A stretch of 64,000 bases of DNA from Candidatus Saccharimonadia bacterium (GTDB lineage: Bacteria > Patescibacteriota > Saccharimonadia > Saccharimonadales > 2-12-FULL-41-12). The notes under the pieces were generated by a model, which saw only the letters and a program-made list of their open reading frames with translations, was not told where the DNA came from and ran no database searches. The stretch spans positions 799,752-863,751 of the forward strand of contig OY970327.1 in the NCBI GenBank assembly GCA_963717365.1. Direction: 5' to 3'. Numbering within the stretch: the stretch's first letter is position 1; the number at the start of each line of letters is the position of its first letter. The translations under genes and the position numbers were made by a program. Shown in pieces: positions 1-7,401 of the stretch.

Positions 1-516
1 GAGCATAGCCTTAAAGCCAACCAAGTCAGCCTTGCAGTTTAAGACAATAGCATCATCGAGCGTTTGCTGGTAAAGCCGTTCTGTTTCTGCGAAAACACGC
101 ACTTTTTCGGCTAAGGTAGACCGTTGCTTCTCTAGAGCAAAGGTGTCTTTTTCGGCTAATTTTAGTTTGCCTATGATAACCCAGAGCTTAGCATCGATTA
201 AGAGGTTGGATTTTGCGCGTTCTAGTACTACAGGAGTTGTCGTTTGCTGGAGACTACGCAGTTTGGTTTGAGCGGTCGAACAACTACTTTCGAGACGTGC
301 CTTGTCCTGCGTTGAAATGACCACGTTGCGTTCGGCTTTGCGCTGGGCAATACGTTGCTCGATCGAGCCACCTGGCGCAGTAGCCGCCGGCGGGACTTGA
401 GCATTTGCGGTAGCCGCCAAGACCATAATTGTGAAACAACTGGCGGCGACGGCCAAAATTATGATTACACTAGGGGTGTACCAATGTTTATTAGTTGTTT
501 TTAATTTATGATTCAT
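1..516 (-). CDS. Hypothetical membrane-anchored/secreted coiled-coil protein (3' end cut by window edge)
   Basis: Absent from the ORF track because it runs off the window. Minus-strand ATG at 514-516, open frame to base 1 (172 codons: MNHKLKTTNKHWYTPSVIIILAVAASCFTIMVLAATANAQVPP...). N-terminal hydrophobic segment followed by helical Q/K/E/L-rich sequence. No family recognised. Confidence 0.5.
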   Translation of the reverse strand, partial: MNHKLKTTNKHWYTPSVIIILAVAASCFTIMVLAATANAQVPPAATAPGGSIEQRIAQRKAERNVVISTQDKARLESSCSTAQTKLRSLQQTTTPVVLERAKSNLLIDAKLWVIIGKLKLAEKDTFALEKQRSTLAEKVRVFAETERLYQQTLDDAIVLNCKADLVGFKAML

Positions 517-538
517 TATATCTAACTCTTATCAGTAA

Positions 539-554
539 ATTTTACCATAAGCAC
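539..554 (-). promoter_or_regulatory. Extended -10 (TRTG-type) promoter candidate for the 1-516 gene
   Basis: Minus-strand reading GTGCTTATGGTAAAAT. This is the same 16-mer as at 13141-13156 and 21491-21506. The TAAAAT hexamer lies about 22 nt upstream of the ATG at 516. Confidence 0.45.
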
Positions 555-586
555 TACCGGTTTTGCTAGAAGAGTGGCGGGCGCAC

Positions 587-1636
587 TTAGAATCGTAAAT
601 AAACTCGGGTTTTTTTCTTGTCTTTCAGCTCGTTGGTATAATCATTTACATCTTTGAAGTTGAAAACCAGATGGGCAGCATGAATTTTGCCGTCGGGCTG
701 AGTTTCTAAATTCTTTACAATTTCCAATCCATAACCGACATTAATAATCTCCGATGACTGGCCGGGCTGGAGCTTAAATAAGGCTTCCACGGTAAGCGGA
801 TTTACATCACGGTTGGTTTTTTCGATTGGAAAGCCAAAGTCGCCGCCAGCTGCTTTACTAATTGGTTCTTCGGAAACTTCGCGGGCTAGTGTAGCAAAAT
901 CTTTACCTGCTTTTAGTTGATCCAAGGCTGCGACGGCCCGTTTCTGTGTATCCGTATCCATGGCAGCCACCACTTTTTGACTGAGGAGTTGTGTTTTTAA
1001 GCTGCGCCGAAAGTCATTTTCTGACCAGTTCCAGAAGTCCTTAAGTACACTCTGGAATTCTTTATCACTGGCGCCCAGACGATTCTGGTTACGCACAATG
1101 GCAATCTGATCATCGACTTCACGGTCGCTCACCGTAATTCCCTTTTGGTCGGCTAACTCTTCTATATAAGCATCATTAATAACTTTGTCGAGCGCCCGCT
1201 TTCTGAATTCTGACAATTGCTGCCGCCCGGCGTCACTGTTAAAGTCCAGGCTTTGTTGGGTCCGGTAATAATGTGTGTAGTGGTTTATCTCAAACAGGTA
1301 GTTTTCGTATGCTACAAAATCAGAACCGATGCGAGCTGCGGGGAACGGAATTACTTGGGTTACTCGGTATAAAAACGTAGAAGTGGACTTAAATTTATAC
1401 AGAGCCAGCGTGCAGTACGTGAAAAAGGCTACGATTGCGACTAAAAAAAGCGTCAGAGATATAATGACTAGCTTGTGCTTGGAGTGCCGCAGCGGGTAAA
1501 TGTATTTCCGGGCTTGGCCGAGCACCTCCTCGCGGTGTTCGGCAACCGTATCATTAGTAATACGACCATCCGAAGCAACGGTACTTCTTGGTGTCCGCCG
1601 GGCTTTGGCTTTAATTTTTGATGCAAGTTTTTTCAT
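587..1636 (-). CDS. Membrane-anchored SurA-N/PpiC-type peptidyl-prolyl isomerase-like chaperone (PrsA-like)
   Basis: 349 aa. Basic N-terminus plus one TM helix (LVIISLTLFLVAIVAFFTYCTLAL). A SurA-N-like helical region is followed by a parvulin-like C-terminal segment (DFATLAREVSEEPISKAAGGDFGFP...GYGLEIVK). Confidence 0.6.
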   Translation of the reverse strand: MKKLASKIKAKARRTPRSTVASDGRITNDTVAEHREEVLGQARKYIYPLRHSKHKLVIISLTLFLVAIVAFFTYCTLALYKFKSTSTFLYRVTQVIPFPAARIGSDFVAYENYLFEINHYTHYYRTQQSLDFNSDAGRQQLSEFRKRALDKVINDAYIEELADQKGITVSDREVDDQIAIVRNQNRLGASDKEFQSVLKDFWNWSENDFRRSLKTQLLSQKVVAAMDTDTQKRAVAALDQLKAGKDFATLAREVSEEPISKAAGGDFGFPIEKTNRDVNPLTVEALFKLQPGQSSEIINVGYGLEIVKNLETQPDGKIHAAHLVFNFKDVNDYTNELKDKKKTRVYLRF

Positions 1637-1642
1637 ATTTTA

Positions 1643-2173
1643 TTATGCTTCTGTCTCGGTTTTCGCCATTGGCGGGGTACCAGCCAGTACTCCTTTATCG
1701 CGTAGGATGGTTAATAATTTTTTCTGAATCTTTGCTGGGTGGTGGACGTCGTGGATAATCAGGTCGCCCACGAATGTCTGCATCATTATTGTACCAAATC
1801 CTAGCAGTGTTTCTTGCAGGCCGCCCACCTCATAATTAACCATTTGGATTTGCGGCAGGCCAATATCTACCACGCTTCGCTTCCAGAAACCCTTCTGGGT
1901 AATTTGTATTAGGCGCTGGTCGGTAACAATAAAGACACTATAATGATAGCTAATCCAGGTTGGCATAAAAACTAAGATACTTAGCGCAACTCCGCCGGCA
2001 AGTCCTCCGAACAGGTATATGTATTCCGGTTTAATGAGCGACGGAATTGTCCCTAGTAATATAGCGATCATCGCTAAAACTAGCCCTTTACGCATTACCA
2101 CCGGGTGTTTGCGGAATACAAAAAGTACTTCCTCGTCATCTAATTGGTCATCGAAGTATTTTGGCTCGGCCAT
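1643..2173 (-). CDS. Bacterial PH-domain (YdbS/YdbT-like, bPH_2) membrane protein
   Basis: 176 aa. DDEEVLFVFRKHP motif, two TM helices, then a C-terminal PH-like domain (IVTDQRLIQITQKGFWKRSVVDIGLPQI). Stops 6 nt upstream of the next gene's start. Confidence 0.6.
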   Translation of the reverse strand: MAEPKYFDDQLDDEEVLFVFRKHPVVMRKGLVLAMIAILLGTIPSLIKPEYIYLFGGLAGGVALSILVFMPTWISYHYSVFIVTDQRLIQITQKGFWKRSVVDIGLPQIQMVNYEVGGLQETLLGFGTIMMQTFVGDLIIHDVHHPAKIQKKLLTILRDKGVLAGTPPMAKTETEA

Positions 2174-2475
2174 CTTATGCTTAATTATATCGAACCCATT
2201 TCATATATCCTATCGATTGTGAAATAGGTTTCAATTGGACTTTCGGGTTGTTCACAAATCTATCAAATAACATAATTAGTTATAAATTTCTTAACAGATG
2301 AGACGCCTGACCACCGTTATATTGAAAAGCTTATGGTAACAGAGGTAGTAGCAAACTTTACAACACATACTTGAGTGTCTGTAAAAAATCTAACAGTGCC
2401 CATTGACGAACAAAACATATGATGGTGGCATCACTTTGGTTTATAAACAACCGCTAGTGCGAGATGTGTTAAAAG

Positions 2476-2515
2476 CCAGTTTTAGAGAGACTTTACCAGT
2501 TTTAGAGAGACTTTA
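2476..2515. repeat. Perfect 20-bp tandem duplication (CCAGTTTTAGAGAGACTTTA x2)
   Basis: Read directly: unit 1 at 2476-2495 and unit 2 at 2496-2515, identical and abutting. They lie inside a 417-bp non-coding stretch upstream of the 2639 surface-protein gene. Confidence 0.9.
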
Positions 2516-2638
2516 GGTAACTAAGTCGATTTTTGGGGAGGAAGCTACTATCCGCAAGTAGGGGTGGTCTGTAGTTCGTCAATAAAAATCGGGTTTGAGC
2601 CCGAGAATATAACTAATTATAGAAAGGGGTAACTCCTT

Positions 2639-3217
2639 ATGAAGAAGTTACTACAATCATCAGCAGTAGCAGTGGCTGGTATAGTATTAAGTGCTGGACT
2701 TGTCGCGGCTCAAGCCGACATCAGCAACACGGGGCCAGACTCCGAAAACACGATTGAAGCATCCGTTGAACACGATGTTGAGATCGATAACGACAACGAG
2801 GTAAGCGCCTTCGTTCTTAACCTTCAGGGTGCAGAATCAGGTGAAGCCGAAGTTGAAGGCAACACTACTGGCGGTAACGCAAAAAGCGGTGACGCATCAA
2901 ACAGCAACAGCACTTCAGTGTCTGCAAGCGTTGATAACTCAGGCTCATGCAGCTGTGGTTCAGGTCCAAGCTGGGCAGGATGGGGTAGCGGTTCAATCGA
3001 TAACACCGGTCCTGATTCAGAAAATACAATTGAATATAGCTACGAAAGCGATGTTGATATCGAGAACAACAACACCCTGACTTTCACTAGCGTGAACGTC
3101 CAAGGTGCTTCAAGCGGCGAAGCCGAAGTTGAAGGTAACACTACCGGTGGTAACGCTACCAGCGGTAATGCTTCAAACACTAGCAGCTCTAGCGTTGTTT
3201 TCTCAGTAAAGAACTAG
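2639..3217 (+). CDS. Secreted repeat-module surface protein (two NTGPDSEN...SGEAEVEGNTTGGNA-SG modules)
   Basis: 192 aa. Signal peptide MKKLLQSSAVAVAGIVLSAGLVAAQA. Two ~75-aa modules share I-NTGPDSENTIE...QGA-SGEAEVEGNTTGGNA-SG-ASN. AAAGGGG RBS lies 8-9 nt upstream of the ATG. Paralogous to 3359-5563 and 9206-9766. Confidence 0.75.
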   Translation: MKKLLQSSAVAVAGIVLSAGLVAAQADISNTGPDSENTIEASVEHDVEIDNDNEVSAFVLNLQGAESGEAEVEGNTTGGNAKSGDASNSNSTSVSASVDNSGSCSCGSGPSWAGWGSGSIDNTGPDSENTIEYSYESDVDIENNNTLTFTSVNVQGASSGEAEVEGNTTGGNATSGNASNTSSSSVVFSVKN

Positions 3218-3358
3218 TTTACTAGCTCATAGCTGTAGTTTTGTTACCTCAAAGACTTATGTCGTCTGACTGGTAGCAGGATGGGGAGCCAGGGGGAGCA
3301 GCATAAGGTTGCTTCCCCACTCCTGATAATTCGTACTCCGAACCTATAAAATACCTAT

Positions 3359-5563
3359 ATGGTAGAAAGCGAAAAATATATGACACTAAAGATAGCTGCC
3401 CGCAATACACTCTGTTTCGCACTCGTTTTAGTGCAGATTTCTGCCTTTCCTGCCGTTACAATGGTTCAGGCCCAGGAAGCCGTTCCAGAATCAAGCCAAC
3501 CGGCACCTGATTCTGCACCAGCTTCTGGCACAACTGAACAGCAAGCGCCGCCAGCGCCTGTAGAACAACAACCTCCGGCACCGACGGTGACGGAAGAACC
3601 CGTTGTTTCCCCTTCGGCCCCTGCGGTCCAGACCCAAGGTACCCCTGAAACGACCGGTCCAAGCCAGCCAACCGGTGCCGCCCGTAGTACCTATACCCGA
3701 AATGCCGATGGTACATGGTCAAACGATAAGTACACATGGGACCCCGTTACCAAGCAAACTCGTCCGAATACTCCGCAGGACTACAGCTATAACCCCAAAA
3801 CTGGTATGTGGGACACCACTGAGTATGTCTACAGCCCGGAGCAAGGTAAGTACATCCCAAATGTCCGCTCAACGCCAACTAACCCACTGCTGGCTTCAAG
3901 ATTAGCTGGGCCAGGCTCGGCCAATCCGTTAATTGCCGGACTACCAGGTAGCTATGATATTAACAACACCGGCCCCAACTCGACTAACTCAATTAATATG
4001 GGCTCAAATACAGTTGGGGCATTTGATCTCTTTTTCAATGGTTCTATCAGTAATACTATGTACTCAACTGCTCAATCAGGCGACGCGTTAGTTCAAGGCA
4101 ACACCCTGGGAGGAAACGCCTTAAGCGGCGATGCTCTGGCCATGGCAAATCTGCTTAATATGCTCCAGTCTTCGTGGATTAGTAGTTCCCAGATCGCTAC
4201 TTTTATCAGTACGATTGACGGAAACGTATACGGAGATTTGTTAATTGATCCGAATCAACTTCCCTACCAGATTGGCTCAAATAACTTGGATGTAGACGTT
4301 AACATTAGCAACAACGGCGCAATAGATAATAATGTTAACCTGGTTGCCCAATCCGGAGACGCTACTGTTAATGGTAATACTACCGGCGGCAATGCCACGA
4401 GCGGTGACGCCTATGCAATCGCCAACATCATTAACCTGATTAACGCCTCTATTAATTCCGGCCGGTCATTCCTGGGGATGATTAATATCACCGGTAACTT
4501 CAACGGTGATATCTTACTGCCGCCCGGCGTACTGGAAGCACTCATCGCCAACACGGGCGCTAATTCAACTAACACCATTGGCGGTACTACCAATTCAGAT
4601 GTTGACATTAATACGGAAACTAACCGTACTATCAATAATAATATACTCGCCACCGCGGGAAGCGGCGATGCCCTTGTTGGCAGCAATACCAGTGCCGGAA
4701 GCGCGGCTACGGGGAGCGCTGCCACCAGCACCAATACCCTTAATATGGTCGGTCAGAATATGAGCGGTAAAAACGGGTTATTAGTATTCGTTAATGTGCT
4801 TGGTCACTGGTACGGCATGGTTGTTGGTCCGGCTCCAACTACTGCGCAGATTACAAATACAGGGACTAATTCAACCAATACAATTGGACCGGGCAACAGC
4901 AACCAATCCCTCACCGTTAATGCCACAGAAAATAGCCTGATTAATAACGATATCTCTGTCCGCACCCAAAGCGGAGACGCAACCGTCAGTAATAACACGA
5001 ATGCCGGCAATGCTACCAGCGGCGATACTGAATCGGCTGTTAACCTGCTCAATATTATCGGCGGCGACATGAACTTTAGCGACTTCTTCGGTGTCCTATT
5101 CATTAACGTATTCGGCAGCTGGTCCGGTAACTTTGGCAGCGATACGGCTAACGGCGGCTTCAGCCAGTCTCCCGGACAGGCTCAGGGCGGTAGGGGTGCC
5201 GGATCTGCCGCTCCTACCAGTAACGCCGCGGCAGGCTCTTCTGCCGGCAATGGCGGCGTAGGACAAGTCTTTGGATTCATCTCCCGAGCGGCAAACAACC
5301 AGACCCAGGCCGGCGCTACAGCCGAACAAGGTGCTACTTCTACCGGCAAAACAATTGAAAGTAGTACCGTCTTTGGCAATACTACCGCGCCACCCAACTC
5401 CGGCGCTACTTCCGGCGCCAGTACAGTTAACGCAAGTATTTCCCAGATGAATTGGTGGCTGATCGCCGGTGTCATTGGCTTGATCGTAACGATAGCTTTC
5501 CTAACCCGTGAGTACTTCCTCACCCTTCGCGAAGAACGTCTGGCAGAATCTGTTACAGACTAA
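3359..5563 (+). CDS. Large surface protein: signal peptide, Pro-rich linker, four NTG-N-S-N/SGDA-V-GNT-GGNA-SGDA modules, C-terminal TM anchor
   Basis: 734 aa (start may be the ATG at 3380, MTLKIAARN...). PAP/PEQ-rich region at aa 45-100. Four modules with cores AQSGDALVQGNTLGGNALSGDA, AQSGDATVNGNTTGGNATSGDA, AGSGDALVGSNTSAGSAATGSA and TQSGDATVSNNTNAGNATSGDT. C-terminal TM helix WWLIAGVIGLIVTIAFL. Confidence 0.75.
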   Translation: MVESEKYMTLKIAARNTLCFALVLVQISAFPAVTMVQAQEAVPESSQPAPDSAPASGTTEQQAPPAPVEQQPPAPTVTEEPVVSPSAPAVQTQGTPETTGPSQPTGAARSTYTRNADGTWSNDKYTWDPVTKQTRPNTPQDYSYNPKTGMWDTTEYVYSPEQGKYIPNVRSTPTNPLLASRLAGPGSANPLIAGLPGSYDINNTGPNSTNSINMGSNTVGAFDLFFNGSISNTMYSTAQSGDALVQGNTLGGNALSGDALAMANLLNMLQSSWISSSQIATFISTIDGNVYGDLLIDPNQLPYQIGSNNLDVDVNISNNGAIDNNVNLVAQSGDATVNGNTTGGNATSGDAYAIANIINLINASINSGRSFLGMINITGNFNGDILLPPGVLEALIANTGANSTNTIGGTTNSDVDINTETNRTINNNILATAGSGDALVGSNTSAGSAATGSAATSTNTLNMVGQNMSGKNGLLVFVNVLGHWYGMVVGPAPTTAQITNTGTNSTNTIGPGNSNQSLTVNATENSLINNDISVRTQSGDATVSNNTNAGNATSGDTESAVNLLNIIGGDMNFSDFFGVLFINVFGSWSGNFGSDTANGGFSQSPGQAQGGRGAGSAAPTSNAAAGSSAGNGGVGQVFGFISRAANNQTQAGATAEQGATSTGKTIESSTVFGNTTAPPNSGATSGASTVNASISQMNWWLIAGVIGLIVTIAFLTREYFLTLREERLAESVTD

Positions 5564-5607
5564 GCAAGCATACCTATCTGTATTGATCATTCATTAAAAA
5601 GCTAACT

Positions 5608-5683
5608 TGGTGACCCGGGAGGGAGTCGAACCCCCAACACCCACCTTAGGACGGTGGTGTTCTATCCATTGAACTACCGGGCC
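5608..5683 (-). tRNA. tRNA-Arg (anticodon CCU)
   Basis: Minus-strand 76-nt sequence GGCCCGGTAGTTCAATGGATAGAACACCACCGTCCTAAGGTGGGTGTTGGGGGTTCGACTCCCTCCCGGGTCACCA. Folds as a cloverleaf: 7-bp acceptor stem, anticodon stem CCACC/GGTGG, loop GUCCUAA giving CCU, T-loop TTCGACT, encoded CCA. Confidence 0.85.
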
Positions 5684-5724
5684 AGACTAATGTCAGACTC
5701 CTAGGAAATCTGCTATTGAAACAT

Positions 5725-5776
5725 ATACTGCAATTTGTACCCTTTTGCAACGCAAACCGGGTACAAATTGCAGTAT
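5725..5776 (-). terminator. 18-bp perfect hairpin downstream of ndk (putative terminator/processing structure)
   Basis: ATACTGCAATTTGTACCC (5725-5742), 16-nt loop, GGGTACAAATTGCAGTAT (5759-5776). Begins 12 nt after the ndk stop and lies 42 nt upstream of the tRNA-Arg 5' end. No canonical U-run follows. Confidence 0.45.
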
Positions 5777-5787
5777 TGATTCAGTAA

Positions 5788-6294
5788 TTACTTTTTGCGG
5801 GGCTGGGTATATTTTTGGTGAACAGTTTGGTAATCGAAGATTTCTGCTTCGCTGAACCAGTGAGAGATTTCCAAGGCGGCTTCTTCCGGATCACCGGAAG
5901 CGTGGACGATATTGGCGATACCTAAATCTTCATTATCAGCATGCGAAAAGCTAACGTGCGCATAATCGCCCCGGATAGTGCCGGGTGCCGCGTTTTTTGG
6001 CTCGGTGGTACCAACCATCTTGCGCACCAGACTGACTGCCTCAACGCCTTCCAGCACAAACGCGATAACAGGACCTTCTTGCATCATGGCAAGCGTAACG
6101 TCAAAGGCTTTTTGGCCGCGCCTAGAAACCATTTTACCGATTGTTTCGTAGTGATGGTAAAAGTGGTCATAGCTCGGCTGCAGCATTTTGGTGGCGACGA
6201 TCTTTAGGCCGGTCCGCTCAAAACGGCTCAAAATTTCACCAACCAGGCCGCGCTGCACCGTATCAGGTTTCAAGATAATCAGCGTTCGTTCCAT
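5788..6294 (-). CDS. ndk: Nucleoside-diphosphate kinase
   Basis: 168 aa. MERTLIILKPDTVQRGLVGEILSRFERTGLKIVATKM matches the NDK N-terminus. Active-site region NIVHASGD (NxxH[GA]SD). Confidence 0.9.
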   Translation of the reverse strand: MERTLIILKPDTVQRGLVGEILSRFERTGLKIVATKMLQPSYDHFYHHYETIGKMVSRRGQKAFDVTLAMMQEGPVIAFVLEGVEAVSLVRKMVGTTEPKNAAPGTIRGDYAHVSFSHADNEDLGIANIVHASGDPEEAALEISHWFSEAEIFDYQTVHQKYTQPRKK

Positions 6295-6380
6295 ATTTTG
6301 TAATTTTCCTTAATTAGTTTAGTCTCTATTCTAACAGATAGAAAGAATGTACGGTACCGGGTTATAACAGTCTGGTGTAG

Positions 6381-6427
6381 CACTATACCTCGACTTCATT
6401 AAAATTTCATTAAGCGCAGGTATAGAA
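6381..6427. repeat. Conserved palindromic intergenic element, copy A
   Basis: CACTATACCTCGACTTCATTAAAATTTCATTAAGCGCAGGTATAGAAG. Shares ACTATACCT / TTCATTAAA / GGTATAG blocks with copies at 41850-41896 and 47180-47227. Outer arms TATACCT/AGGTATA. Lies 87 nt upstream of the ndk start (minus) and ~55 nt upstream of the xer start (plus). Confidence 0.8.
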
Positions 6428-6481
6428 GTAGGAAGTGCCTGCGTGCACAAAACAGTCAGGAATGTCGTACAATGTAACCAT

Positions 6482-7399
6482 ATGCGTGTTCAAGCCCTTA
6501 TTACCGACTTTCTGGAATATCTGGAAATCGAACAAAACCGCTCCCAAAGGACCATCTCAAATTACGACCATTACCTGACACGGCTGGTTGATTATGCCGG
6601 TGACATTGATATTAGTGATGTCACGCCTGAACTGATACGTAAATGGCGCCTGTGGCTAAACCGACTGGGCACCAATACCAGTGATGAATTGGGTAAAAAT
6701 ACGCAGAATTATCACCTGATTGCGCTACGCAGCTTTCTCAAGTTCTGTTCTAAACGCGGCATAACGGCAATTAGCGCCGATAAGATTGAATTGGCTCGCA
6801 CAAAACGCACACAGGTAACATTTTTATCTGACGAAGAAATTAAGCGACTGCTGAACCAGCCGGACTTACATGATGCTGCCGGTCTGCGCGACCGGGCAAT
6901 TCTGGAGTTGCTTTTTTCTAGCGGTCTGCGTGTTTCGGAATTAGTCGGCTTAAATAAGGATCATATAAACCTAAAGCGTCTGGAATTTATGGTACGTGGT
7001 AAGGGTCAGAAAGATCGACCGATTTTTATTAGTCCTGTGGCGGCAAGCTGGGTCACCCGCTATCTAGAAGCTCGTACCGATACTAGCCCTGCCCTGTTTG
7101 TCCGGCTAGGTGGTCATAAAAAAGCTGATACCAGCGGCAATTTTCTACGCCTGACTGTACGCAGCGTCCAACGTATTGTGGCGCATTACGCACTCCTGGC
7201 AGGAATTACTAAGAAAGTCAGTCCCCACTCGCTTCGACATAGTTTTGCGACCGACTTACTGATGAACGGAGCTGATCTGCGCAGTGTTCAGGTTATGCTC
7301 GGGCATAGCAATATTTCAACCACCCAGATTTATACTCACGTTACCGATCCTCATCTTAAAAAAGTTCACGAACAGTTTCATCGCAAAAACGATGACTGA
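6482..7399 (+). CDS. Tyrosine site-specific recombinase, XerC/XerD family
   Basis: C-terminal catalytic region HSLRHSFATDLLMNGADLRSVQVMLGHSNISTTQIYTHV (R..HxxR..Y). SAM-like N-terminal domain (FLEYLEIEQNRSQRTISNY). The track ORF opens at GTG 6443. ATG 6482 is preferred because it gives the usual N-terminus and TACAAT lies 8 nt upstream. Confidence 0.85.
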   Translation: MRVQALITDFLEYLEIEQNRSQRTISNYDHYLTRLVDYAGDIDISDVTPELIRKWRLWLNRLGTNTSDELGKNTQNYHLIALRSFLKFCSKRGITAISADKIELARTKRTQVTFLSDEEIKRLLNQPDLHDAAGLRDRAILELLFSSGLRVSELVGLNKDHINLKRLEFMVRGKGQKDRPIFISPVAASWVTRYLEARTDTSPALFVRLGGHKKADTSGNFLRLTVRSVQRIVAHYALLAGITKKVSPHSLRHSFATDLLMNGADLRSVQVMLGHSNISTTQIYTHVTDPHLKKVHEQFHRKNDD

Positions 7400-7401
7400 C
7401 G

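Noticed and set aside
2476-2515. The GTTTTAGAG-containing 20-mer resembles the 5' end of some type II CRISPR repeats, raising the possibility of a CRISPR array.
   Set aside because: There are only two copies, directly abutting with no spacer. No further copies and no cas genes occur anywhere in the window. It is better described as a simple tandem duplication.
5608-7399. A tRNA-Arg lies close to a tyrosine recombinase. Could this be the edge of an integrated element?
   Set aside because: The recombinase has the canonical XerC/XerD housekeeping architecture and ndk lies between it and the tRNA. I saw no direct repeat of the tRNA 3' end downstream and no phage or conjugation genes.
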